From the NCBI RefSeq assembly GCF_963921235.1, contig NC_086107.1, forward strand, positions 108,254,001 through 108,318,000: DNA of 64,000 nt. The letters are read 5' to 3'. Origin of the DNA: Mobula hypostoma (taxonomy: Eukaryota). The notes beneath the pieces were generated by a model. It made no database searches. It was not told the origin of the DNA and saw only the letters and a program-made list of their open reading frames with translations. The translations under genes were made by a program, and so were the position numbers. Numbering within the stretch: position 1 is the stretch's first letter; each line of letters begins with the position of its first letter. Below are positions 38,935-51,893 of this stretch, in pieces.

Positions 38935-40410
38935 CAGAAATCAGAAGTGCAAAGAGATTTGGGAGTCCTCATGCAGAATTCCCTGAAGGTTAGTCTGCAG
39001 GTTGTGGCAATGGTAAGGAAAGGAAATGCAATGTTTGCATTCATTTTGAGAGGCCTAAAATATAAGAGCAAAGATGTAATGTTAAGGCTTTATAAGATAT
39101 CAGTCAGACTGCACTTGGAGTGTTGTGAGATGTTTTGGGCACCTTTGTCACATGGTGTGAGCAGAATTATCTGCAGCTTAATGTGAAAAAGACTAAGGAG
39201 CTGGTGCTAGACCTGAGGAGAGCTAAGGTACCGGTAACCCCTGTTTCCATCCAGGGGGTCAGTGTGGACATGGTGGAGGATTACAAATACCTGGGGGTAC
39301 AAATTGACAATAAACTGGACTGGTCAAAGAACACTGAGGCTGTCTACAAGAAGGGTCAGAGCCGTCTCTATTTCCTGAGGAGACTGAGGTCCTTTAACAT
39401 CTGCCGGATGATGCTGAGGATGTTCCACGAGTCTGTGGTGGCCAGTGCTATCATGTTTGCTGTTGTGTGCTGGGGCAGCAGGCTGAGGGTAGCAGACATC
39501 AACAAACTCATTCGTAAGGCCAGTGATGTTGTGGGGATGGAACTGGACTCTCTCACGGTGGTGTCTGAAAAGAGGATGCTGTCTAAGTTACATGCCATCT
39601 TGGTCAATGTCTCCCATCCACTACATAAAGTACTGGGTGGGCACAGGAGTACATTCAGCCAGAGACTCATTCCACCGAGATGCAGCACTGAGCGTCACAG
39701 GAAGTCATTACTGCCTGTGGCCATCAAACTTTACAACTCCTCCCTTGGAGGGTCAGACACCCTGAGCCAATAGGCTGGTCCTGGACTTATTTCCTGGCAT
39801 AATTTACATATTACTATTTAACTATTTATGGTTCCATTACTATTTATTATTTATGGTGCAACTGTAATGAAAACCAATTTCCCCAGGGATCAATAAAGTA
39901 TGACTATGACTATGACTTATCTATGAAAAGATGTGCCCGCATTGAAGAAGATCCAGAAGAGATTTATGACAACTATCCTGGGGATGAAAGGGTTAACATA
40001 TGATGAGTGTTTGATGGCTGGAGTTTAAAAGAAGGGGAATCTCATTGAAACCTACTGAATATTGAAAGTCCTAGATGAGTGGACATGGAGAGGATGTTTC
40101 CTTTAGGAACAGAGGGCACAGCCTTGGAAGAGAAGGATATCCCTTTAAAACAGAGATGAGGAGGAATTTCTTCAGCCAGAGAAGTAGTGACTCTGTGGAA
40201 TTCATTGCCACGTACAACTGTGGAGGCCAAGTCATCGGGGATATTTAAAGCAGAGGTTGAAAGGTTCTTGATTAGTAAGGGTGTCAAAAGTTACAGGAAG
40301 AAGATGGAGAATGGGGTTGAGAGGAACGATAAATCAGCAATGATGGATTGACGGAGTAGACTCAATAGTCTGATGGCCTAAATCTGCTGCTATGTCTTAT
40401 GCTATTAATT
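38935..40410 (+). mobile_element. CR1 LINE fragment, host of a nested Rex1/L2-type element
   Basis: QRDLGVL...LYKISVRLHLECCEMFWAP resumes as TATCTATGAAAAGATGTG after 39917. Confidence 0.8.
39145..39917 (+). mobile_element. Rex1/L2-type LINE 3' end with an open ORF of about 210 aa
   Basis: WCEQNYLQLNVKKTKELVLDLRR...YKYLGV...KKGQSRLYFLRRLRSF...AIKLYN; AATAAA followed by an (ATGACT)3 tail. Confidence 0.88.
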
Positions 40411-41339
40411 CTCTATTCCACTAACTTGAGCTTCATACACTGCTCCAATTAAGCTCACTGCTAGTTTGATGAATACCTTAGACTTCCGACTGGACATATC
40501 ATAGCCTGCCACATGCGATGTTTATAGATAATATCCCTGCTACTGGTATTGTATTTTCACCTTTCCTAAGCCCATTGGTTGTTTCTCATCCCAGTATTGT
40601 CCTCTTTCACCTCATCATAATCTCTCCTTTTGCTCACCGCTTCTATCCGCCTTTCCAAAGTAGCTTAGAACTTCTTTAAGAGAAGACTTTGGGCAGGGCA
40701 AGGGGCAGGGCATGCTCCTCACCTCTGACAAAATTCTGTTGGATACAAGATCAAAATCTCACGTACAATAAGACAAAACTTCAAAAGTTTGATGCACCAC
40801 CTCTGTGCCCTCCTTCTTTGGGATCTTTGGTTTGGGTTGTTCAACGTTCAAAGTAAATTTATTATCAAAGTACATATAATATCACTATATACAACCCTGA
40901 GATTCAGTTATTTGTGGGCATACTCCATGAATCCATAATAGAGTAATAACCATCATGGTATCAATGAAAAACCACACAGGGTGGACAACCAGAGTGCGAA
41001 GGACAACAGACTGTGTGGTTTTCCAGCTGCACAGAACAGAACAGGAAGGACTTGCAGTGGGTGGTGAGGGTAGCAGAGCGGGTTATTGGCACAAAATTAC
41101 CCTCCCTCAGAGACATTTATACTGGCAGACTTCAAAAGGTGGCTACTTGTATTTCGAAGGATCCCACTCATCCTGGACATCACCTGTTTTCCCCTCTACC
41201 TTCTGGGAAGAGATACAGAGCATTAAGGATGAAAACAAAGAGACTCCTTTAACAGCTTCTACCCACAAGCAGTGAAATGCATAACACCCCCTTCCCTTCT
41301 CCTGCCCTCCTCCTAAGACGGTGGCAGCTAAATGAATCA

Positions 41340-43315
41340 CACTTCCAGGAGTATAAGAAGTGCAAGAAAATAATTAAGAAGGAAATCAGGAGGGCTAAAA
41401 GAAGACATGAGGTTGCCTTGGCAGTCAAAGTGAAGGATAATCCAAAGAGCTTTTACAGGTATATTAAGAGCAAAAGGATTGTAAGGGATAAAATTGGTCC
41501 TCTTGAAGATCAGAGTGGTCGGCTATGTGCGGAACCAAAGGAAATGGGGGAGATCTTAAATAGGTTTTTTGTGTTTACTAAGGAAACTGGCATGAAGTCT
41601 ATGGAATTAAGGGAAACAAGTAGTGAGATCATGGAAACTGTACAGATCGAAAAGGAGGAGGTCCTTGCTGTCTTGAGGAAAATTAAAGTGGATAAATCAC
41701 TGGGACCTGACAGGGTGTTCCCTCGGACCTTGAAGGAGACTAGTGCTGAAATTGCAGGGGCCCTGGCAGAAATATTTAAAATGTCGCTGTCTACAGGTGA
41801 GGTGCCAGAGGATTGGAGAGTGGCTCATGTTGTTCCGTTGTTTAAAAAAGGATTGAAAAGTAATCCTGGAAATTATAGGCCAGTAAGTTTAACGTCGGTA
41901 GTAGGTAAGTTATTGGAGGGAGTACTAAGAGACAGAATCTACAAGCATTTGGATAGATTGGGACTTATTAGGGAGAGTCAACATGGCTTTGTGCGTGGTA
42001 GGTCATGTTTGACCAATCTATTGGAGTTTTTCAAGGAGGTTACCAGGAAAGTGGATGAAGGGAAGGCAGTGGATATTGTCTACATGGACTTCAGTAAGGC
42101 CTTTGACAAGGTCCCGCATGGGAGGTTATTTAGGAAAATTCAGTCACTAGGTATATATGGAGAGGTGGTAAATTGGATTAGACATTGGCTCGATGGAAGA
42201 AGCCAGAGAGTGGTGGTAGAGAATTGCTTCTCTGAGTGGAGGCTCGATGGAAGAAGCCAGAGAGTGGTGGTAGAGAATTGCTTCTCTGAGTGGAGGCCTG
42301 TGACTAGTGGTGTGCCACAGGGATCAGTGCTGGGTCCATTGTTATTTGTCATCTATATCAATGATCTGGATGATAATGTGGTAAATTGGATCAGCAAGTT
42401 TGCTGATGATACAAAGATTAGAGGTGTAGTAGACAGTGAGGAAGGTTTTCAGAGCCTGCAGAGGGACTTGGACCAGCTGGAAAAATGGGCTAAAAAATGG
42501 CAGATGGAGTTTAATACTGACAAGTGTGAGGTATTGCATGTTGGAAGGACAAACCAACGTAGAACATACAGGGTTAATGGTAAGACACTGAGGAGTGCAG
42601 TGGAACAGAGGGATCTGGGAATACGGATACAAAATTCCCTAAAAGTGGCGTCACAGGTAGATAGGGTCGTAAAGAGAGCTTTTGGTACATTGGCCTTTAT
42701 TAATCAAAGTATTGAATATAAGAGCTGGAATGTTATGATGAGCTTGTATAAGGCATTGGTGAGGCCGAATCTGGAGTATTGTGTTCAGTTTTGGTCACCA
42801 AATTACAGGAAGGATATAAATAAGGTTGAAAGAGTGCAGAGAAGGTTTACAAGGATGTTGCCGGGACGTGAGAAACTCAGTTACAGAGAAAGGTTGAATA
42901 GGTTAGGACTTTATTCCCTGGAGCGTAGAAGAATGAGGGGAGATTTGATAGAGGTATATAAAATTATGATGGGTATAGATAGAGTGAATGCAAGCAGGCT
43001 TTTTCCACTGAGGCAAGGGGAGAAAAAAACCAGAGGACATGGGTTAAGGGTGAGGGGGGAAAAGTTTAAAGGGAACATTAGGGGGGCGGCTTCTTCACAC
43101 AGAGAGTGGTGGGAGTATGGAATGAGCTGCCAGACGAGGTGGTAAATGCGGGTTCTTTTTTAACATTTAAGAATAAATTGGACAGATACATGGATGGGAG
43201 GTGTATGGAGGGATATGGTCCATGCAGGTCAGTGGGACTAGGCAGAAAATGGTTTGGCACAGCCAAGAAGGGCCAAAAGGCCTGTTTCTGTGCTGTAGTT
43301 TCTATGGTTTCTATG
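41340..43315 (+). mobile_element. CR1 LINE, 5'-truncated, with an open reverse transcriptase ORF
   Basis: 622-aa ORF 41277-43145 with NYRPVSLTS, QHGF, YMDFSKAFDKVPH, SGVPQGSVLGP, KFADDTK and DLG motifs; (TTCTATGG)n tail. Confidence 0.95.
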
Positions 43316-43552
43316 GAATGGCAGGCGTGCAATAGTCCTTACCCCCCCCCATCCATATATTATTAATTTTGGACTGCACTCCTGAGGTTTTAGAGTATAT
43401 TTTATGTATATATTTTTTGTCATGCTGCAAAACATTGAGCTGCTAAACCGTGTTTCATTGCTCCACAACAATGACAATAAAGATATTCTATTTCTAAAAT
43501 ATAAAAAGCAAGGAAGAAATGAAATAAACAAACAGCAAACAAATAAATAAAT

Positions 43553-43615
43553 GGATAGATAGATAGATAGATAGGTAGACAGGTAGGTAGGTAGGTAGAT
43601 AGGTAGATACATAGG

Positions 43616-43659
<44 letters not shown>

Positions 43660-43682
43660 AAGATAGATAGATAGATAGATAT
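43553..43682. repeat. (GATA)n/(GGTA)n microsatellite
   Basis: Visible directly in the sequence. Confidence 0.95.
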
Positions 43683-43689
43683 CAAGAAC

Positions 43690-44450
43690 ATGCAATGACA
43701 TGTCCTTGAAAGCGAGTCCGTAGGTTGTGGGAACAGTTCAGTGATTGGGCATGTGAAGTTTAGTGAAGTCATCCCCTTTGGTTTAACAGCCCGTTGGTTG
43801 AGGGGTAATAATTTTTTCTGAAGCTGGTGAAGTGAGTCCTGAGGCTCCTGTACCTTCTTCCTGATGGCAGCAGCGAGAAGAGAGCATGTCCTGGATAATG
43901 GGGGCCCCTGATGAGGGATGCTGATTTCCTGCAGAAGCACTCCATGTGGATGTGCTCAATGGTGGGGAGTGCTTTATCTGTGATGGACTGGGCCGTATTC
44001 ACTACTTTCTGTAGGATTTTCCATTCAAGGGCATTGGTGTTTCCATGCCAGGCTGTGGTGCAACCAGTCCACATACTCTCCACCAACACCTCGATAGAAG
44101 TTTGTGAAAGTTTTTGATGTTATACCAAATCTTTGCAAACTCCTAAGGAAGTAGAAGTGCTGGCCTGCTTTCTTCGTAATGGCACTTACGCACTTGGCCT
44201 AGGAACAATCCTCTGAAATTATAACAGCTAGGAATTTAAAGTTGCTGACCCTCTCCACCTCTGATCCTCCGACGAGGACTGGCTCATGGATCTCCAGTTT
44301 CCTTCTGAACTCAATAATCAGCTCCTTAGTCTTGCTGAAATTGAGTGAGAATTTGTTGTGGCACCATTAAGCCAGGTTTTCAATCACCCTCCTATATGCT
44401 GATCCATCACCACCTTTGATTCTGACAATGACAGTGGTGTCATAAGATTG
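43690..44450 (-). mobile_element. Rex1/L2-type LINE 3' fragment
   Basis: GCTTAWHGN...GHALFSLLPSGRRYRSLRTH; opposite-strand homologue at 47300-47880. Confidence 0.8.
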
Positions 44451-44552
44451 ATGTGAAGACGGTTGGGGATCAGGATTGTAATCAGTCTAGTCACGGGGGG
44501 GGGCAGTGGGGGCGTAGGTTGAGGGAAGTGTCTGCGGAATATCTGCCAACTT

Positions 44553-45040
44553 AACATAAGAAATAGGAGCAGGAGTAGGCCATCCAGCCCATCGAGCCTG
44601 CCCCGCCAGTCAATAAGTTCATGGCTGATCTGTCCGTAAACTCATCTCCATCTACCTACCTTTTCCCCATAACTCTTAATTCCCTTACTATATAAAAACC
44701 TTTCTAACTGTATCTTAAATATATTTAGTGAAGAAGCCTCAACTGCCTCCCTGGGAAGAGAATTCCATAGATTCACCACTCTCTGGGAAAAACAATTTCT
44801 CCTCGTCTCCGTCCTAAATCTTCTCCCCTGAATCTTGAGGCAATGTCCCCTAGTTCTAGTCTCACCTACCAATGGAAACAACTTTCCTACTTCTATCTTA
44901 TCTATCCCTCTCAAAATTTTGTATGCTTCTATAAGATCCCCTCTCACTCTTCTGAATTCCAGACAGTATAGTCCCAGGCGACTCAATTTCTCCTTATAGG
45001 TTAACCCCTTCATCCCTGGAATCAAGCTGGTGAAACTCCT
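44553..45040 (-). mobile_element. CR1 LINE 3' fragment
   Basis: MIPGMKGLTYKEKLSRLGLYCLEFRRVRGDLIEAYKIL...FSQRVVNLWNSLP. Confidence 0.88.
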
Positions 45041-48000
45041 ATCACAGGGTCTAGCTAAAGCAGATCTGAAATGTTGAGTGCTGTGGGCTGGGACCCCTTT
45101 GAATTACTCTGGAGCAGACCATGTCTGCTCTCCTCTGGTATGAGTGGACAACGCTGCTGCAGGTCACAGCATGCGTAGCAAAAGCCATACACAGCACACC
45201 ACAGCACATGTCTGGGATACTCCATCAAGGAGAGCGAAGGAAATGCATTGACTTCACAGAATGTCTAAAACATCTCAGTTCATTTAGAATTATGGAGTAA
45301 AACAGCACAGAAACAGCCCCTTCGGCCCAACTCACCCATACTAAATAAGCTATTCCCATTTGCCCATGTTTGGCCCATATACTGCTACATCTTTTCTATC
45401 CATGTACCTGCCTATGTATCTTTTAAATATTGCTTAAGTATTGCCTCCTCTGGCAGTTCGTTCCATTACATACCACCCTCCATGTGAAGATGCCCCTTTT
45501 TTCTCTTTTCAATCTTTCCTCTCTCACTTTAAATCTCTTGAGATACAGCGCACAGTAGGTCCATCCTGCCCCTCGCGCTGAACTGCCCCGCAATCCCCCA
45601 ATTTAACCATCGCCCAATCACTGGACACTTTGCAAAGACCAATTAGCCTATCAACCAGCACATCTTTGGACTTTGGGAGGAAACCGGAGCACCCGGAGGA
45701 ATCCCACGCGGTCACGGGGACAACGTACAGACTCCTTACAGGCAGCGGCGGGAATTGAACCTCGGTCACTGGTACTGTAAGTCGTTGTGTGAAACACCTT
45801 GCTACTACGCAGTCATGAAAACTCTGAACTTATTCCACATCCTGCAAACTTTCTTCCAAGGACTCTGCAATTCGTGCTCTCAGTAGTATTAATTTATTTT
45901 CACAATTTGTCTTCTTTTGCACATTGGTTGTTTGTCAATCTTTATTTATGCAGTTTTTCATAAGTTCTATTGTATTTCTTTATTTTGCTGTAAACACCTG
46001 CAAGTAAATGAGTCTCAAGGTAGTATTGAGTAACACATACATACTTTGATATAAATTTACTTTGACTTTGACTATGGCCTTTAGTTATTTTTTTTATTCC
46101 CTTTCCCTGCATAAAAGATTATGTGCATTCATCCTATTCCTTCAAGACGACTGCAACCTTGTTATGGTTTGGAGGCTTGCGTCCCTCAATGACCTGGAGA
46201 ATTATGTTGGCCGGAGTCAGAGGTTTATGCTTTAGTCTGTGGTAGGGTCACCCATGCCAAACAGGCCAAAGGGTAGAGGCCAGACTAAGAGTGGTCCACC
46301 AGTCCTCCAGGTTCGGGGGTTAACAACCCTGACTGGTCAAACAAAATTGTTATGGAAACGACAATGAAGAATCCTTCTACATCTGAGTGCGATGGTATTC
46401 CTGAGTCTCCACCCACGACTGACTGTAGTGAAAACCGAGAGGAAGCTACTGACATGATGAAGGAAGCCCTGAACACTGCCAAAGATGGAGGACCTCCATT
46501 ACTACCCTAAACGCCAGCGGCGTAACGGATAGCAAGAAGATTCATCCCACCCATGCTTCTCATGATTTTAGACACCTTAATAAGGTCAGTATACCCCACT
46601 ATAATTATTTGATGCTTAATTCTCCTCAGAAGTTCTGCCGGGTAGCATGAGTGAAGATTCACAGAGAAATCATATAGGCCTAGAGACTGCAGGAGTTCAA
46701 GGCCAATGTGAACCATCTCCAACGTTTCTGGTTCTGATGAAAAGTCATCAAATTGAAATGCTAATGCATCGTAGGCATGCTGCTTTAGTGCTACAACTTG
46801 CGGGCTGCCCCCAGAAATCCTTCGTTTGTGTTGGTTGTTAACGCAAATGGTGCATGTCACTGAATACTTCAATGTATATGTGATAAATCAACCTAATCTG
46901 ATGTAATAGTGTTTTCTCTGTGAACATTTCCTGACTCGACAAGTGCTTTCCATTGGAAATTCCCAGCAGCCACAGAATGTTGCTTTCATTAGAGGACATT
47001 GTTAGAATAGCAAAAAAAAAAACAGGGATCGATTATGAACCAAGTGGTCACGACATGCTGTTCATATTCACTGGTGAGTCAGCAGGCTGCAGTCTGACAT
47101 CAGAGCCATATATTTTAAGCTTGTCCTATTCTGCATATTTGAAGACAACAATCGAGATTGAAGCTCCCGTTGCAGTGTGAAGAGAGTGCTGCATTGTCAG
47201 AAGTGTTCTATTTTCAGATGGGACATTGAACTGAGAATCTGTAGCAGCTCCTGTGGCTGTGACCTGGACAAAAATATCTGAGTGTTTCTTCTGTCTCCAA
47301 GGAAAAGAATCCTACAAAAAGTAATGGATATGGCCCAGTCCATCACAGGTAAAGTCCTAACAACCATTAAGAAAATCTACGTGAAATGTTGTCGCAGTAA
47401 AGTAGCATCCATCATCAGGAACCCCCACCACCCAGGTCATGCTCTCTTCTTGCTGCTGTCATCAGGAAAGTGGTACAGGAGTCTCAGGACTCACGTCACC
47501 AGGTTCAGGAACAGTTATCACCCCTCAACCATCAGGCTCTTGGACTAGAATGGATAACTACACTCAACTTCTCTTGCCTCATTGAAATATTCCCACAACC
47601 AATAGACTCACTTTCAAGGACTCTTCATCTCATGTTCTCAACATTTATTGCTCATTTATTTATTGTTATTATTTCTTCTTTTTGCATTTTCACTGTTTGG
47701 TGTCTTCTGCTCTCTGGTTGAATAACTGAGCTGGGCGGCCTTTCATTGATTCTGTTATGGTTATTATTCTATAGATTTATTGGGTATGTCCAAAAGAAAA
47801 TGAATCTCACGGTTGTATATGGCCACACACACACACAAAACATATACTTTGAGGATAAAATTTGCTTTATACTTTGAACCTTAATCTTGAGAGTGGAAAG
47901 ATTTAAAAGGCACTTTTTCACGCAGAGGGTGGTGGGTAAATGGGAGGAGCTGCCAAAGAAAGCTGTAGACTATGGGTAGAATTACATCACGACATACGTC

Positions 48001-49909
48001 TGTGATAATAAACCCGATTCCGATCTTGAACTTTTCCCAGTTCTGATAAAAGGTCATTGAACTGAAAAATAACTCTGCTTCCATCTCCATGGATGCCGCC
48101 TGATTCACTGAGAATTTGGTGATTAATTCTCCGAAGAAAATTTATCTCACTCCCATCAGGGAGGAGGCTATGTAGCATCCACGCCAGGACCACCAGACTC
48201 CAAAACAGTTACTTTCTCCAGGCAGTACGGCTGATCAACACCTCCACCCACTAACCCATCCCTCCACAACCCCCACCACCACCACTTTATCATTTTCTGT
48301 CAGTCAACTTACATATAAACACTTTATGGACATACAATCAACCTGCTTTATATAAGCTATTTTATGTACTTATATTTATTGTGGTTTTTTTATTATTATT
48401 CTGTCCTTTATCTTTTTGTGCTGCATTGGATCCAAAGAAACAATTATTTCATCTCCTTCACATTTGTGCACTAGAAATGACATTAAATATTCTTGAAACT
48501 TGAATCTCAACAGATAAAATGTGTAAAGATTGATCTACGTTGCAGAAGAATCACATTGCCCCAGAGATTGCAGGAGATCAAGGACAAAGTGAATCATTCT
48601 GAACATTTCTTAGTTCAAGCATAGAACAGAAAACAGTACAACACAGTGCGGGTATATGGATGGGAAAGGTTCAGAGCAGTAGTTCACAACCTTTTATATG
48701 CTATGGACAAAAGGTTTGTGGACCCCCGGTTAGGAAGCCCAGGTCTATAGGGATATGAACCAAGCCCAGGCATATGGGACCTGCTCAGGTAGACATCTTG
48801 GTCAGCACAGTTGAGATGGGCTGAATGACCTGCTTCCATACTGTATAACTACAACTCTTGTGCAATTTGAATTAATTTTAAATCAAAATACTGAAATAAG
48901 GTCTGGAAGGGTTAATAAGGCCAGGCGTCATCTATGAATAAAGTAGAGAAAGCCTCTGAGGTGGTTGGCTTCTCAATAGAGTTCATCTGTCCACTGATAC
49001 TGCCTAACCTGCATCTTTTTTAATGTGACTAAATAATCAAATCATTTGGATCACTTTATCCACAAATTATTAACTGTTCACTGCTCAGAGGTACGTACAA
49101 GCTGGCTGCTGTGTTTACAGCAGTAGATAGACTGTCGTCACAAGCTCTGAATCTGAAGTGCCTTGGGCTGTTCTGAGGTTCTGAAAGCATGTAATACAAT
49201 TGGAAACACAAGGGATTCTGCAGGTGCCGGAGATCTTAAGCAACACACACACACACAACATGCTGGAGGAGCTCAACAGGTCAGGCAGCATCGATGAAGG
49301 GGAATAAACAGTCAATGTTTCGGGCCGAGACCCTTCATCAAGGCTGGATAGCAAGAGGGCAGAAGCCAGAACATGAAGATGGGAAGATGCGGGAGGAGGG
49401 AGAGGGAAGAAGTACAAGGTGTAGGTGAGGGGGAAGGTGGGTGGATGGGTAGAAGAGAAATGAAGCAAGAAACAGACAGGTGATAGGTGGATGAGGTCAA
49501 GGGCTGAAGAAGAAGGAATCTAATAGGAGAGGATAGTGGGCCGCGGAAGAGAGGATGGGCAGGTCAGGAGAAGGGGGAGGGGAGAAATTTCTGGAAGTTG
49601 GAGAAATCAATGCTCATGCTCTGAGGATAGAAGCTACATGGACAGAATGGAAATTGGAAAATGCTACAACTACTCAATAGGTCAGGTAGCATCTCCGAGT
49701 GGGAGATACAGAAGCAACATTGGTGACAGAATGAGAGGTTAGAGAGGCTTAATCCCAAAAAGGACCTGTGCAGAGAATTCAGATGGGTGTTATCTGGAAG
49801 AATAGGATCTCGCTTGGTATTTGTATTGGTTTATTATTGTCTCATGTAGGAAGAAACAGTGAAAAACTTTGTTTTGTGTTCCATCTGTATATTATGCCAT
49901 AAATACATA

Positions 49910-50493
49910 CACTCAGTGGCCACCTTATTAGGTTCCCTGTATACATGAATACCTGTACAACTGAATACCTGAACACCTGTACACCTGCTTGTTAATGCAA
50001 CTATCTAATCAGACTACAACATGGCAGCAACTCAATGCATCAAAGCGTGGTCGGTCGTTGTGCAGACCAAACATCAGAACGGGGAAGAAATGTGATTGAA
50101 GAGATCTCGACTGGGGAATGATTACTGGTGTTCGTTGGGGGCTGGGTGCGGGTTTGAGTATCTCAGAAACTACTGATCTCCGGGGATTTCCACACACAAC
50201 AGTCTCAAGAGTTTACAGAGAATGGTGTGAAAAACAAAACAAAAAATCCAGCGAACGGCAGTTCTGTGGGCGACGATGCTTTTTGTTAATGAGAGAGGTC
50301 AGAGGAGAATGACCAGACTGTTTCAACCTGACAGGAAGGCGATCGTAACTCAAATAACCTTGCATTATAGCAGTGGCATGCCAAGGAATGCTCAACGTGT
50401 CAAACATTAAAGTGGGTGGGCTACAGCAGCAGAAGACCACAAACGGTCACTTTCTAGGGTTCAGGAGGTAATTAATAAAATGGCCACTGAGTG
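49910..50493 (+). mobile_element. Tc1-like non-autonomous DNA transposon, copy 3, TA TSD
   Basis: ta|CACTCAGTGGCCAC...TGGCCACTGAGTG|ta. Confidence 0.85.
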
Positions 50494-51598
50494 TAACTTG
50501 TGGCAGTAGAAAGAGAAACAGATTGCAGAATATAATATTACAGATTCAGAGAAAGTGTAGAGCAGATAGACAGATGACATGCAAGGGAGACAAGATCTTA
50601 GGAGATGAAAGGCTCATTACTGTTTGAACAGAGGGAAAAACTGAAGATGCCGGAAATTCTCAGCAGGGGTTAGGCAGCACCTTTGACAAGATAAGAGTTA
50701 ATATTTCAGATGCATGGCCTATCATCAGTTCTGATCCAAATATTAGACAGAATCTCTGGTACCCCTCAGCACATCAGGCAGCATCTACTGCATGGAGACA
50801 GAAAGGGACGATCAATATTCTGGATGGAGCACCCCACCAGTCCAGATGAAGGGTCTCAACCCGAAACGTTGTCTGTCCGTTTCCCTCCACGGATGCTGCC
50901 TGACCCGCTGAACTCCTTCAGCATTTTGTGTGTTGCTCCAGATTCCAGTGTCTTCCGTCTCCTGTATCTGCCCAGCGCCCCTCCTCATTTTGTGATTAGT
51001 TTCCCAAAGAACTTTTACCAGGGAGTGCACAGGAGGGTTGCCCGACACCAAAGGATCTCTAGGCCAATGTGATTCATCCTCTAATGTAAATAGTAATGAT
51101 CGTATTGTACCAGTGCCACAAAACAACATATTTAACAATATATATTTTAGTGGTAATAAACCTGATTCTGATCTCGAACTTTTCCCAGTTCTGATGAAAG
51201 GTCATTGACGTGAAACAATAACTCTGTTTCTATCTCCAAGGATGTTGCCTGACTGGCTGACAAATTCTGGCGCTTCTAGTTTCTATTTCCGATTTCCGAC
51301 ATCTGCAGGATTTTTGAAATGCTAGAGAACAGGATTTTGCACTTTGGGTGAACGGTAGACAGCTATCTGTGGTTGGAATTCGTTCATTGCTGTCACATGT
51401 ACTGAGTACAATGAAAAGAACTTGTCTTGTACGGAGAAAGTACAGAGCAGGTAGAAAACCTAGTGCAAGATTGAAGTAGATTGTGACGTCAAAAGTTCAT
51501 CTTATCATACTAGGGTATCATTCAATAGTCTTACAACATCAGGGTAAAAGAGCATGGTGGTACATTACAAGACAAGGGCAAGGACTCTGCCAGCCTAC

Positions 51599-51893
51599 CG
51601 CACTTGTTCTGGCAGATGCTGAGGTCAGTGGGTGCCCGCCGTCTGCCCTGGCTCCTGGAGTGGAGGCTGGCATACAGCGCCGCCGTCCGCCGCTTGGCCT
51701 TGCGCAGGATGTGGCACACGTACTGGAAGATCTCCTCGTAGCAGTCGCCCGGCTCGGCAAAGCTGGCCAGCGTGCTGGTCGAGAAATAGAGGGCCCGCTG
51801 CTCCTGCATCAGCTGGTGCTCCCGCTGCTTCGTCTCCGAGAACTGCGTGGCTATGACGACCAGGCAGAGGTTAATCATGAAGAAGGAGCCCAC
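51599..51893 (-). CDS. CACNA1I: CACNA1I coding exon, 295 nt, IS6 and proximal I-II loop (gating brake) (about human exon 8)
   Basis: Acceptor cag|[72 protein letters not shown]...QNKC. Donor G|gtaggc (phase 1) fits the next exon, which starts GG. Confidence 0.93.

Noticed and set aside
39135..39773. ALKBH8-like (DUF1891) gene
   Set aside because: This motif is the C-terminal region of Rex1/L2-type LINE ORFs; it has a poly(A) signal and tandem tail and is nested in a CR1.
40723..40735. 13-nt minus-strand microexon (cag|AATTTTGTCAGAG|gtgagg)
   Set aside because: Length is not a multiple of three and would frameshift the channel; no other support.
41277..43145. Host gene or domesticated reverse transcriptase
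   Set aside because: Typical 5'-truncated CR1 with a 3' tail and many homologous fragments in the window; the ATG comes from flanking sequence.
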